From Caldisericia bacterium (GTDB lineage Bacteria > Caldisericota > Caldisericia > JAAYUI01), in contig OY771555.1 of NCBI GenBank assembly GCA_963674785.1, positions 1,664,001 to 1,728,000 of the forward strand: a DNA stretch of 64,000 nt, given 5' to 3'. Numbering within the stretch: position 1 is the stretch's first letter; each line of letters starts with the position of its first letter. The position numbers were made by a program, and so were the translations under genes. Under the pieces are notes generated by a model that searched no databases, was not told the DNA's origin, and saw only the letters and a list, made by a program, of their open reading frames with translations. Of this stretch, positions 55,202-64,000 are shown one piece after another.

Positions 55202-56196
55202 GTCGGTCTCCTGATTACCAGATATAAAAAGAATATTCCACCAACGATACTCATCACAACGGATGCCGGTATCTGCTGGTGTGGTATAATTGCCTTACCA
55301 AACACATATGCAAAGCCAAGAACCGACCCTCCAAGCAGAAGTGACCCTGGTAGCATTTGTTTTGAATCCGCACCAAACAGTTTTCTTGAGATATGAGGAA
55401 TAATCAAACCAACAAACCCAAGAAGACCCGATGTTGCAACTGCAGTTCCTGTCAGAAGTGCAACAAGTAGAAAGAGGATTCTTCTAATCTTTTTTGGGTC
55501 AACTCCGAGATATATTGAGATCTCATCCCCAAGAAGATAAGCATTTATCCCATTGAGAAAAAAAGGAATTATTGAAATTGAAAAAATGAGTGCAACAACA
55601 AGAATCAATGCATCGTTGTAACTCGCACTCGCAAGCCCATTCCAACTCCAAAAAACGCTTTTTGAGAGGATATCTCGACCATACATAACAATAAGGTAAT
55701 TAACCCCGCTTAGTACAAATGATAATGCGACTCCCGCAAGAACCAGTGAAACACCGGTGCTACCAGTTCTTCCAGCAATTATCCATATAAGTAAACAGGC
55801 AAGAAGTGAACCAATAAATGCTGACACTGAAATCGCCGACATTCCAAGAAGACCAAGCTGAAGTCCTAAAAGCAATGTGATGTTTACGCCGAATATTGCA
55901 CCTGAGCCAATTCCAGCAATGTATGGGTCTGCAAGATCATTCCTAAAAAGAGTTTGTGATAACCAGCCTGCAAGTCCAAGAGCAGAGCCAGCAAGTATGG
56001 CGACCAATATACCAGGGATTCTTACCCCATGGACAATTGCAATATCGCCTGCTGATGCGTCACCAATGCCAATCCCTGCAAAAAAAGCTTTGACAGAGTC
56101 ACTAATCCCAACACTTGACGTACCAATAACAATTCCTAGGCTAACTGTTATCAGTAGAGAAATGCCAAGCAGAACGAAAATATGTTTGTTTCTCAA
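55195..56196 (-). CDS. btuC: Cobalamin ABC transporter permease (FecCD family)
   Basis: Q.LFRN.LADPY..G..SGA, GFVGLIIPH motifs. Confidence 0.87.
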   Translation of the reverse strand: MRNKHIFVLLGISLLITVSLGIVIGTSSVGISDSVKAFFAGIGIGDASAGDIAIVHGVRIPGILVAILAGSALGLAGWLSQTLFRNDLADPYIAGIGSGAIFGVNITLLLGLQLGLLGMSAISVSAFIGSLLACLLIWIIAGRTGSTGVSLVLAGVALSFVLSGVNYLIVMYGRDILSKSVFWSWNGLASASYNDALILVVALIFSISIIPFFLNGINAYLLGDEISIYLGVDPKKIRRILFLLVALLTGTAVATSGLLGFVGLIIPHISRKLFGADSKQMLPGSLLLGGSVLGFAYVFGKAIIPHQQIPASVVMSIVGGIFFLYLVIRRPTW

Positions 56197-57056
56197 TCAG
56201 TGATTATCTCTTGGAGTAGCGTCAGAATTTCGATAATTCTTGGGCTTGGGCGCATCAGAAGATCAGCATTTATAGAGTAGATTTTGTCATTTTTTACTGC
56301 TGAGATATTTCCGTAGCCATTTCTTTTTTTAATGTCTTGGGCTGTCTCTTGATATGGGTCAGGGATTATTATTATGTCCGGATTCAAATCAATTATTGAT
56401 TCATGTGTTGTTGTTGGGAAGTCTCCAAGGATTTGGTCTCCAAGGTTTATCCCTCCAATTTTACTGATCAAATCGGAACCATATGTGTCTTTTCCAAATG
56501 TCATTGGTGGATCACCCCAAATCTCTGTGTAAATTACAGGTTCAGACTTCTGAGAAGTGATTTTTTCAATTCCTTCTCTAAGTTCCTCTGTTTTACTTGG
56601 AACATCACAAATTTTTGCAATTCTATCAATAGTTTTTAGAAGTGACTCAATACTATTTGGATCGAAGGCGGCAACAACTATTCTTCTTGATGATGTCCCC
56701 TTAAGCCCATCCAGGATTTCCATTGGAACCATACGATTTGCAATCACAAGGTCTGGTTCAAATCCAAGAATAGCTTCAACCGAAAGGTTCATCATGTCAC
56801 CAACAGTGGGGATTGATTCAACCTCAGGTGGATAATTACAAAATGAAGTCCTGGCAACAACCCTATCACCTACACCAAGATAAAAAAGTATCTCAGTAAT
56901 ATTTGGGGTTAGTGATACAATCCTTTGTGGTGAACCATCTGTTAATATTATCTCCTCACCCAAATCATCGATAATACCTGCATCGCTTGGATTTCCACAG
57001 GAAACAAAAGATAAGACCATAACAAAGCTAACCACCAATAAGAAAAACTTCTTCAT
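56193..57056 (-). CDS. btuF: Cobalamin-binding lipoprotein (helical-backbone substrate-binding protein)
   Basis: Lipobox FVSC, PQRIVSL.P.ITEIL, EPDLV, NPDII, RPSPR; ATG 57056 with GGAGG SD. Confidence 0.87.
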   Translation of the reverse strand: MKKFFLLVVSFVMVLSFVSCGNPSDAGIIDDLGEEIILTDGSPQRIVSLTPNITEILFYLGVGDRVVARTSFCNYPPEVESIPTVGDMMNLSVEAILGFEPDLVIANRMVPMEILDGLKGTSSRRIVVAAFDPNSIESLLKTIDRIAKICDVPSKTEELREGIEKITSQKSEPVIYTEIWGDPPMTFGKDTYGSDLISKIGGINLGDQILGDFPTTTHESIIDLNPDIIIIPDPYQETAQDIKKRNGYGNISAVKNDKIYSINADLLMRPSPRIIEILTLLQEIITD

Positions 57057-57077
57057 TTCATCCTCCTCGGGATTATT

Positions 57078-57214
57078 CCACAAATGGTATCCTGACTTCA
57101 CAGTTTCACATCACAACTCGATAACCTTCCCAGTTTCCCAGTGGTTACCGACAATTCACTGCTTACAGTGGCGGGACCGTATCAGATTTTCACTGATTTC
57201 CCATATGCTTGTGG
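57078..57214 (-). ncRNA. Cobalamin riboswitch
   Basis: GGGAA, P4 UCAGUGAAAAUCUGA, CGGUCCCGCCACUGUAA, CCACUGGGAAACUGGGAAGG, B12 box AGUCAGGAUACC; P1 CCACAAG/UUUGUGG. Confidence 0.93.
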
Positions 57215-57221
57215 TGAGGAT

Positions 57222-57271
57222 GTTTTACACCAAACAAACAAACTTGTCAATGATTTCGAAAACAATATTAT
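57222..57271. promoter_or_regulatory. Divergent promoters sharing a -35 element (btuFCD and radA)
   Basis: Minus strand TTGACA(57250-57245)-N17-TAAAAC; plus strand TTGTCA(57244-57249)-N16-TATTAT, then 7 nt to the radA ATG. Confidence 0.55.
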
Positions 57272-57278
57272 AACTACC

Positions 57279-58640
57279 ATGTCTAAACCAAAATCTAAAT
57301 ATATATGCAAAGAATGCGGATACAGTAGTACACAATTTCTTGGCAAATGTCCAAACTGTATGTCTTGGGATACTTTTGAGCAGGTCACCTCAACCAAAAA
57401 AGGAACAACAAAAAAAACATCCGAAACATTTTCATTTCAGTTAAACTCTAACTCACAAGAAAAACGGATCAGTCTTGGTTTATCTGAGGTCGATAGAGTT
57501 TTTGGAGGAGGAGTTGTTATGGGTTCTGTAAACCTTATCGGTGGTGAACCCGGGATCGGCAAATCGACACTGATGCTTGAAGTGGCATGTGCATACTCAA
57601 AAAAAGGTCACAAATCCTTATATATCTCAGGAGAAGAATCACCTGATCAGGTTACTATGAGAGCAAATCGAATCGATTCTGTTGGCGAGTTGATGGAGTT
57701 TGCATTTGAAGTTGATTTGGAAACTATTTTTCAATTATCCGATGACAATAAACCAGATGTTCTTTTTATCGATTCAATCCAGATTTTATCACTAGAAGAA
57801 GGTATTCCGGGAAGTCCATCAGTTGTCAGAGAGGCAACTAGAAGGATTGTTGAATACTCAAAATCAAAAAATATCACGACATTTATAATCGGACATGTCA
57901 CAAAAGAAGGCACAATCGCTGGACCTAAAACCCTTGAGCACTTAGTCGATGCAGTCTCGTATTTGAACGGGGATAAGTATTCAACTCTCAGAATTTTGAG
58001 CGGAACAAAAAACAGATTTGGTGCAACAAATGAAGTTGGATTGATGGAAATGACTGAGAAAGGTCTTGTGAAAGCAGACCATCATAAACTTATAAGCACC
58101 AATGAAAACCCAGGCGTTGCCGTGACAGCCGTTTCTATGGGTAATAGACCCTTGGCATTGGAAGTTCAGGCACTTCTCTCACCGACATACTACCCTACTC
58201 CAAAACGTGTCGTCACAGGCTGCAGTTTAAGCAGAACCTTAATGATCATGGCAGTACTTGAAAAAAGGTGTGGTTTGCCAATTGGCAAACTGGATGCATT
58301 TATAAATATTGTTGGTGGAATAAGTTCTGAAGAGCCGTCTCTGGATTTACCCATTGCAATAGCTATTGCCTCATCATTCATCGAAAAATCTGTTCCGGAA
58401 GGGGTTGCATTTATTGGTGAGGTTGGATTGACAGGGGAGATAAGACCAGTAACAAACCTAGGGCAGCGAATAAAGGAACTTGCTAATATTGGGTATAAAA
58501 CAATGATTATCCCAAAGCAAAAAATATCTGGGCTTGAATTAGAAAAATTTGAAACAGTAAATGCTACTTCTGTAAAGGAGGTATTGAGTTTGGTATGGCC
58601 TCGTCAAGGTCGACCTTCATATGAAAGTCAAAGTGATTAA
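57279..58640 (+). CDS. radA: DNA repair protein RadA/Sms
   Basis: C..C...GKCP.C zinc finger, GEPGIGKSTL, DSIQ, KNRFG, GEVGL.GE.R; start moved to ATG 57279. Confidence 0.97.
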   Translation: MSKPKSKYICKECGYSSTQFLGKCPNCMSWDTFEQVTSTKKGTTKKTSETFSFQLNSNSQEKRISLGLSEVDRVFGGGVVMGSVNLIGGEPGIGKSTLMLEVACAYSKKGHKSLYISGEESPDQVTMRANRIDSVGELMEFAFEVDLETIFQLSDDNKPDVLFIDSIQILSLEEGIPGSPSVVREATRRIVEYSKSKNITTFIIGHVTKEGTIAGPKTLEHLVDAVSYLNGDKYSTLRILSGTKNRFGATNEVGLMEMTEKGLVKADHHKLISTNENPGVAVTAVSMGNRPLALEVQALLSPTYYPTPKRVVTGCSLSRTLMIMAVLEKRCGLPIGKLDAFINIVGGISSEEPSLDLPIAIAIASSFIEKSVPEGVAFIGEVGLTGEIRPVTNLGQRIKELANIGYKTMIIPKQKISGLELEKFETVNATSVKEVLSLVWPRQGRPSYESQSD

Positions 58641-59379
58641 CAGCGTCTGATGGCCACATAATAAACTCGAACTTTGCAGTCTTCTTTGAACTTATCAATG
58701 GGAATCTAACCCATCCGGAGCGCTCTGCACCACCAGGAATACTGTTGATGAAAGTTTTATCATAACCAACCTGGGTGTATGTCTCACCATCAATAATCAT
58801 TTTTGTTCTGTCAGCAGGGAATCTGCAACTTTTCTCAGTCAGGTTTTGAATCTTGATGTTTAATCTGAGATGATATGTTCTATCGCCATCAATTATTGGA
58901 CCACGTTCCTTTGTGACAGACTTAAGAGTGAAATCAATACCATTTTTGCTATACACTATCGGAGGGACTGTATCCTCTTCGGGGAGAGGATTGTTTTCTT
59001 TCATGAGTTCTTCATTGATAGCCTTGAGGTCTTCGTTTTCTTGCTCGAGTTTTGCAATTTCTGCTTGAAGGGAAGCAACATATGTGCAATCCAATTGATC
59101 AAGGGGAATATTGTCAATCGTAACTTCTCTTGTTGCGCCATTCCAATCAAGATTCGAGCAATCTGGAAGCAGTTGTTCCTGTATGAATCGTAGCGGAACC
59201 ATGGTTCTTCCGGATATAATCGCCGGTGGAGCATCAAGCTCAATCTCCTCACCATCAACAATGGCCTTATTCGAGCCAACCTTAAGAACCGCTTTCCTGG
59301 TGGGATTCTCACCCAATATCGTTGGCACTACGGACATGACCAATAGAAACACCAACATGAACGCACATATCTTCTTCAT
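58564..59379 (-). CDS. Secreted protein: N-terminal stalk (Cu amine oxidase N-like) domain, coiled coil, DUF4352-like Ig domain
   Basis: Signal peptide; LDAPPAIISGRTMVPLRFIQE; coiled coil LQAEIAKLEQENEDLK; IPGGAERSGWVRF. Confidence 0.75.
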   Translation of the reverse strand: MKKICAFMLVFLLVMSVVPTILGENPTRKAVLKVGSNKAIVDGEEIELDAPPAIISGRTMVPLRFIQEQLLPDCSNLDWNGATREVTIDNIPLDQLDCTYVASLQAEIAKLEQENEDLKAINEELMKENNPLPEEDTVPPIVYSKNGIDFTLKSVTKERGPIIDGDRTYHLRLNIKIQNLTEKSCRFPADRTKMIIDGETYTQVGYDKTFINSIPGGAERSGWVRFPLISSKKTAKFEFIMWPSDAVNHFDFHMKVDLDEAIPNSIPPLQK

Positions 59380-59448
59380 GACATTAGCATCTTATACCTA
59401 ATTGCGATACAAGTCAATAGCTATTGGTTACAGGAGGTATTTAACCTT

Positions 59449-60204
59449 TTACCAACCTATCCTTAGTCTGTCTGCCAAGAAGAGTGGAAGTCCAACCTCA
59501 GTGATACGCTTGACTGCTTCTTGGATGTCATAATCAACTCTATGAATTTGGATTATTTGACTATCAGAATCATAGATCGTATAGGTGGATTGAGGATTTC
59601 TATCGCGAGGTTGACCAACCGAGCCAACATTAACAATATATTTATAACCTGGCTCAATTTTTACTTCAAGACCATGCGATGCCCTCAAATAATTTACGTC
59701 ACCTTCATTATCAATAATAAAGACTCCAGCAATGTGAGAATGACCAATGAATGAAAGATTTCCGATCATAAGCTCAGACATCCTAAGAGCCTCAATTGGT
59801 GAAGAGATGTATTCAAATGGTGCTGAAGGGTCAAGACTGCCATGGGCTACCTGGAAATCAGAACCAGAACCTGAACTTGGTATTGTCAAACGTGAGGGAA
59901 GCTCGCTTAGGAATTTTTGGTTTGAAGGTTTAATCTGGGAGCGTTGCCATCTAATAGCGGCCAATCCATACTGATTAAAATATCTCTCTTCAGCGGGATC
60001 AATCAAAGCCTTATCATGATTTCCCATTACAGAACTGATACCAAGATTAACCATTATATCAAGACACTCATCGGGATCTGCATTATAACCAACGGTATCC
60101 CCACAAGAAATCAGTTCGTCCACTCCCGCAAGCTCGAGTTGCTCAAGAACAGTTTTGAAAGCCACTAAGTTAGCGTGTATATCGGATATTATTCCATATT
60201 TCAT
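59449..60204 (-). CDS. Calcineurin-like metallophosphoesterase
   Basis: SDIHAN, GDTVGY, GNHD, AHGS, GHSH, NVGSVGQPRD. Confidence 0.92.
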   Translation of the reverse strand: MKYGIISDIHANLVAFKTVLEQLELAGVDELISCGDTVGYNADPDECLDIMVNLGISSVMGNHDKALIDPAEERYFNQYGLAAIRWQRSQIKPSNQKFLSELPSRLTIPSSGSGSDFQVAHGSLDPSAPFEYISSPIEALRMSELMIGNLSFIGHSHIAGVFIIDNEGDVNYLRASHGLEVKIEPGYKYIVNVGSVGQPRDRNPQSTYTIYDSDSQIIQIHRVDYDIQEAVKRITEVGLPLFLADRLRIGW

Positions 60205-60229
60205 CAGAAATTATTCTAAGCTCCTTATG

Positions 60230-61168
60230 CTACAAAGTCAACTGATTTTTAAAAATATCATTTTCCTTAACAAAACCAGATACTGCGAAGTCTTTTGTAT
60301 CCATAATTCTTTTTCCTTCTCTTTGCACTTTTGAAAAAGAGAGAAGATTTTCACCACATGCTACTATAATCTTTTTATTAATACTGATTATCTGACCAGA
60401 AACATAAGAGCCTTTGTTGTCCTCAATTATCTTTGGATCAAATAGCTTAACCCTTGTATCATGAATAATACTGTAACAACCAGGTTTAGGGGACATTGAT
60501 CTGATTTTTCTGCTAACAATTTCTGCGGATTTACTCCAATCGATTAACTCATCTTTTTTATTAAGCCTTCTTGCGTAAAACAGCTTTTCTTGTGCCTGCT
60601 CGATACCTTTATATCCGTTTTTTACTTGCTCCATTGTTTCAGGAAGCATCTCTTTTGAGAGGTTTATTAGTTTTTCTTGTAGGGTTTCGTTGTTATCAGA
60701 GTCTGATATAAGAATACTTTGGTGGGCCAGTATTTGACCCCGATCAAGTTTTTCTGTGATCAGCATGAGAGAAACACCTGTTTCCGTCTCTCCTTTTCTT
60801 ATTGCCCATCTTATGGGTTCTGCACCTCGATATTTTGGTAACAACGATGGATGAATGTTTATGATTTTATTCTTCAGAGTTTTGATTATCTCAGGTGACA
60901 AAATCTCTGAATATGACGCAAGAATTGCAACATCAAAATTATATTCTCTTATCTTTTCTATGGCTTCAACAGAGTTAATTGTCTCTGGTGTAAACATCTC
61001 AATCCCAAGATTATCTGCTGCCAAACCAATCACAGATCTTACAACTTTTTTTCCTCTTCCACTTCTTCTATCTGGTCTTGAAATACATAAAACAACTTCA
61101 CTATTTTTATTCAAAAACTCCAGAATAGGAACAGAAAAATCACCGGATCCTATAAAAACTATCTTCAT
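60230..61168 (-). CDS. fmt: Methionyl-tRNA formyltransferase
   Basis: PDRRSGRG, INIHPSLLPKYRGA.PI, IDW, P.PG, VQREGKR. Confidence 0.95.
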   Translation of the reverse strand: MKIVFIGSGDFSVPILEFLNKNSEVVLCISRPDRRSGRGKKVVRSVIGLAADNLGIEMFTPETINSVEAIEKIREYNFDVAILASYSEILSPEIIKTLKNKIINIHPSLLPKYRGAEPIRWAIRKGETETGVSLMLITEKLDRGQILAHQSILISDSDNNETLQEKLINLSKEMLPETMEQVKNGYKGIEQAQEKLFYARRLNKKDELIDWSKSAEIVSRKIRSMSPKPGCYSIIHDTRVKLFDPKIIEDNKGSYVSGQIISINKKIIVACGENLLSFSKVQREGKRIMDTKDFAVSGFVKENDIFKNQLTL

Positions 61169-62685
61169 ATCAATAAATTCTCCCTGTATTGAACAGCCTC
61201 AGCAATATGTGATGATGAAATTTTTAAAGAGTCATCGAGATCGGCTATGGTTCTTGCCACCCTCAAAACTCTATCGTATCCTCTTGCTGTAAGCGACATT
61301 CGTTCAGATGCAAGTTTTATGAAGTTCGATTCATCTTTCCCTAACTCACAGTGTTTTCTTATCTGTTTGGGTGTGAGTTGAGAATTGCAATATATATTTT
61401 CGTCTTTGTATCTGGAAAGCTGGATTTTTCGTCCTTTGATAACTCTTTTTCTTATGGTTTCACTCGTTTCACCAGGTTTTGCAGATGCTAGCTCTGAAGG
61501 AGTTAACCTGGTTACATTCAGATATATGTCGAACCTGTCCAGAAGTGGTCCAGAAATCCTTGATTGATATCGTCTTATCTGCGATTGACCGCAGACACAA
61601 GGTTTTGTTCTGTCGCCATAGAACCCACAGGGACATGGATTCATAGCACCGACCAAAAGGAATCTTGATGGAAAAGTAAGGGTTTTTCGAACTCTCGCTA
61701 TTGTCACCTCTCCATCCTCCATTGGTTGCCTTAGAACTTCAAGTACGTCTCTTCGAAACTCTGGAAGCTCATCAAGAAACAATACCCCACCGTGAGAAAG
61801 ACTTATCTCACCGGGTTTCGGATTCTGTCCGCCCCCAATGATGGATGATGGTGAGGCTGTATGATGTGGTGATCTGAATGGTCTTGTTTTGACCAAACCT
61901 TCCTCACAGGATAAAAGACCAGAGATAGAAAAAATCTGGCTTATCTCCATCGCCTCATCAAGAGTCATAGGGGGAAGAATCGATGGAAGTCTCTTTGCAA
62001 GCATTGTTTTTCCAGAACCAGGAGGACCAATCATCAAGACATTGTGCCCACCGCATGCTGCAATCTCCAAAGCCCTCTTAGCTTGTGTGTTGCCTTTTAC
62101 ATCCGCCATATTGTAAAGACTATGAATCAATGAATCATCAATCTTTATCTCACGATTTCTGACTGGTTTTATAATCACTTCTTCACGTAAGTGTTCAACT
62201 AGTTCTCGAAGGGTTGAAACCCCGATCACATCAAGGTCGAACATTTCCGCTTCTGATAGATTTTCTTTTGGGATAACAAGAGTTTGTCCGGTACCAGAAA
62301 GGGCAATTGCAATTGGCAAAATCCCTGGAACGCTTCTTATTTTTCCATCGAGTGCTAGTTCGCCAAGCACAACCAGGCCTTCAAGAGATTTTCGAGTGAT
62401 CTGTTCGGTTGCAGCAAGTATCCCAAGAGCAATTGGCAAGTCAAATCCAGAACCCTCTTTTTTTAAGTCCGCTGGGGCAAGGTTTGCTGTTATCCTTTTG
62501 ATTGGGAAAGAGAAATCACTGTTTTTAATCGCCGATCTGACGCGCTCTCTTGCCTCAGATACAGCTGCATCCGGAAGTCCAACGACAGTAAAAGAAGGAA
62601 GAGCATGACCGGTTATGTCGAGTTCAACAGAAAGCGGTAAAGGATTTAGTCCCTCCAAAGTTATGCTTTTTACACACGAAAACAT
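61165..62685 (-). CDS. comM: YifB/ComM family Mg-chelatase-like AAA+ ATPase
   Basis: VGLPD..V.E.RERV, NLAPADLKKEG..FDLPIA, GPPGSGKT, FLDELPEF, AMNPCPCG, SGPLLDR. Confidence 0.93.
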   Translation of the reverse strand: MFSCVKSITLEGLNPLPLSVELDITGHALPSFTVVGLPDAAVSEARERVRSAIKNSDFSFPIKRITANLAPADLKKEGSGFDLPIALGILAATEQITRKSLEGLVVLGELALDGKIRSVPGILPIAIALSGTGQTLVIPKENLSEAEMFDLDVIGVSTLRELVEHLREEVIIKPVRNREIKIDDSLIHSLYNMADVKGNTQAKRALEIAACGGHNVLMIGPPGSGKTMLAKRLPSILPPMTLDEAMEISQIFSISGLLSCEEGLVKTRPFRSPHHTASPSSIIGGGQNPKPGEISLSHGGVLFLDELPEFRRDVLEVLRQPMEDGEVTIARVRKTLTFPSRFLLVGAMNPCPCGFYGDRTKPCVCGQSQIRRYQSRISGPLLDRFDIYLNVTRLTPSELASAKPGETSETIRKRVIKGRKIQLSRYKDENIYCNSQLTPKQIRKHCELGKDESNFIKLASERMSLTARGYDRVLRVARTIADLDDSLKISSSHIAEAVQYRENLLI

Positions 62686-62694
62686 ATGTTAATC

Positions 62695-63228
62695 TTATTT
62701 TATGTTTTTCTCACCGTCAAGATTTATAAAGCTTGACAAAATGTCGTTAAAAATCGAATAATGAAATTTGACTCCATAAAACCGATCCATATCACCCTTT
62801 TTTTGTCTTTTATATCTGTTTGCCCTTATCATCATCTGCAATTTGTCTGCATCATGTACAAGTTTTGCATCAGCTGTTTCGTTTTTTTGGTACTCAAGAA
62901 ACAGTTCCAACAAATCCTCATGGTTTGGTAAAATATCTGAAGCGACCTTTTTCTCAATACTTTTTTTATCTAAAAAGTTTGATGCAGATGGGGTTAGATC
63001 ACCTATAACGGATTCTGGTAAATCGTGAATAACTGCCATTTTTAATGCTTTCGACTCATCAACTCCATCAATATGTTTTGATATGAGCATCACTAAAAAG
63101 ATCACCCCAAAACAATGCGATGAAACTTTTTCAGCGTCAGCAACACCCTCAAGAACATATCCAGTCCTTGGGATTTCAGTCAAGTTTTCTGAGTGTATTA
63201 AAAGCCTTGCAATATCCTCATGTATCAT
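62695..63228 (-). CDS. HD-domain hydrolase (YfbR/HDDC2-like 5'-deoxynucleotidase)
   Basis: PRTGY, E.VSSH, HDLPE...GD, DADKL. Confidence 0.87.
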   Translation of the reverse strand: MIHEDIARLLIHSENLTEIPRTGYVLEGVADAEKVSSHCFGVIFLVMLISKHIDGVDESKALKMAVIHDLPESVIGDLTPSASNFLDKKSIEKKVASDILPNHEDLLELFLEYQKNETADAKLVHDADKLQMMIRANRYKRQKKGDMDRFYGVKFHYSIFNDILSSFINLDGEKNIK

Positions 63229-63998
63229 TTTTTGTCAGCTAGATAATCTTTTAAAATATTGAATGATTTTTCGGCAAGAGGTGGAACCTTGCCATCTTCA
63301 TATGAGGGTTCATTAAAAAGAACTGATTCGGTTTTTGAGATATAATCTGGGTCACCATGAACAAACAATGAATACATCAAAGACATACAGGTCGAAATTT
63401 TTCTCATTCCAACCTGTTCTTTCGCGACACTTTCTAGTTCTGTATCCCATTTCATATACAGGTCTGATTCAATTTGAGTCCAAGCTGAATCGATTTTTTT
63501 AAAAATAATAAGAGCGTGTGGTTTATTCAGTTTTTTATCAAAGAGATCAGATATTGTTTTATCAACACAGATCAATTCTGAAAAACCGTCGGAGTCAACA
63601 TCTCGAATAACCCAAGGTTGGATGTCGTCTGAAATATAAAACTTATTAACTAGAGCAAAATCATCTATTTCTGCAGAAACTATTTCTCTAGAAAATGGGG
63701 AGAAATCATGGATAATTGTATAGATTGTATCTAAAGAGTTGTTATCAAATACTCCGTAGATATTTCCCTGGCTTCCCTTTGTCCAGCTTTCGTGAAAATG
63801 AAAACCATAGGCTGTTGGGATGGAGTGTATTATTTCAGCATTTCTCTTACCAACCCAATATACGATAAATCTTGAAGCATTCATTTCTCTTTCCAAAGGA
63901 GCATAGACTTGGAAGACAAATTGATGAGCTTCATCATCATAAACAACCCTATGCTCTGTCGGGGAAAAGCCTCTGAGTTGATTTTCTTCGTGATATGC
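63225..63998 (-). CDS. Hypothetical protein (5' end beyond the window)
   Basis: Frame stays open to the window edge upstream of the listed TTG; contains a DVDSDGFSE loop; stop overlaps the HD gene start. Confidence 0.7.
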   Translation of the reverse strand, partial: AYHEENQLRGFSPTEHRVVYDDEAHQFVFQVYAPLEREMNASRFIVYWVGKRNAEIIHSIPTAYGFHFHESWTKGSQGNIYGVFDNNSLDTIYTIIHDFSPFSREIVSAEIDDFALVNKFYISDDIQPWVIRDVDSDGFSELICVDKTISDLFDKKLNKPHALIIFKKIDSAWTQIESDLYMKWDTELESVAKEQVGMRKISTCMSLMYSLFVHGDPDYISKTESVLFNEPSYEDGKVPPLAEKSFNILKDYLADKK

Positions 63999-64000
63999 AA

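Noticed and set aside
57141-57278. N-terminal extensions of radA (from 57141) and btuF (from 57101) in the ORF track
   Set aside because: They overlap the cobalamin riboswitch and promoters; homology and SD evidence favour 57279 and 57056
191-63028. Numerous 60-200 aa antisense or alternate-frame ORFs (for example 32284-32874, 33281-33868, 18570-19031)
   Set aside because: Shadow ORFs of well-supported genes with no recognisable motifs
1-64000. CRISPR arrays, IS elements, prophage, tRNA/rRNA genes
   Set aside because: No spaced repeat arrays, transposase/integrase/phage ORFs or cloverleaf/rRNA signatures were seen; intergenic regions are short

Overview
AT-rich bacterial chromosomal window with no tRNA/rRNA, CRISPR array or transposase detected. 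The many large secreted proteins carrying PQQ beta-propellers, BACON/Ig domains and a copper-amine-oxidase-N-terminal-like (stalk) domain suggest a Caldisericota-like anaerobe (inference only). Gene content: YitT-family gene; two tandem ~1400-aa surface-protein paralogs ending in an identical 485-bp block; a tricistronic rpoB-EF-G2-rpoC operon lying outside any ribosomal-protein cluster; a ~2700-aa repeat-containing surface protein, MarR and a C25 (gingipain-like) peptidase with cohesin- and dockerin-like domains; ackA-purL-purM-purN-purH; lepA-hemW-bioY-DUF4491; topB, two class A PBPs, tmk-darA-holB-ricT; FMN-riboswitch ribU; cobalamin-riboswitch btuFCD; radA; fmt, comM-like and HD genes. Most striking observations: (1) an EF-G paralog sits between rpoB and rpoC, and this RNA polymerase has substitutions at normally near-invariant active-site and rifampicin-pocket residues (E. 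coli numbering beta E813L, N677K, M685Q, R687H, R529K, P1104H; beta-prime M932L/R933K) plus about 8 BBM2 modules; (2) an identical, CG-dinucleotide-free C-terminal cassette is shared by otherwise diverged surface proteins. All alignments were done by eye against remembered consensus sequences and need computational confirmation.
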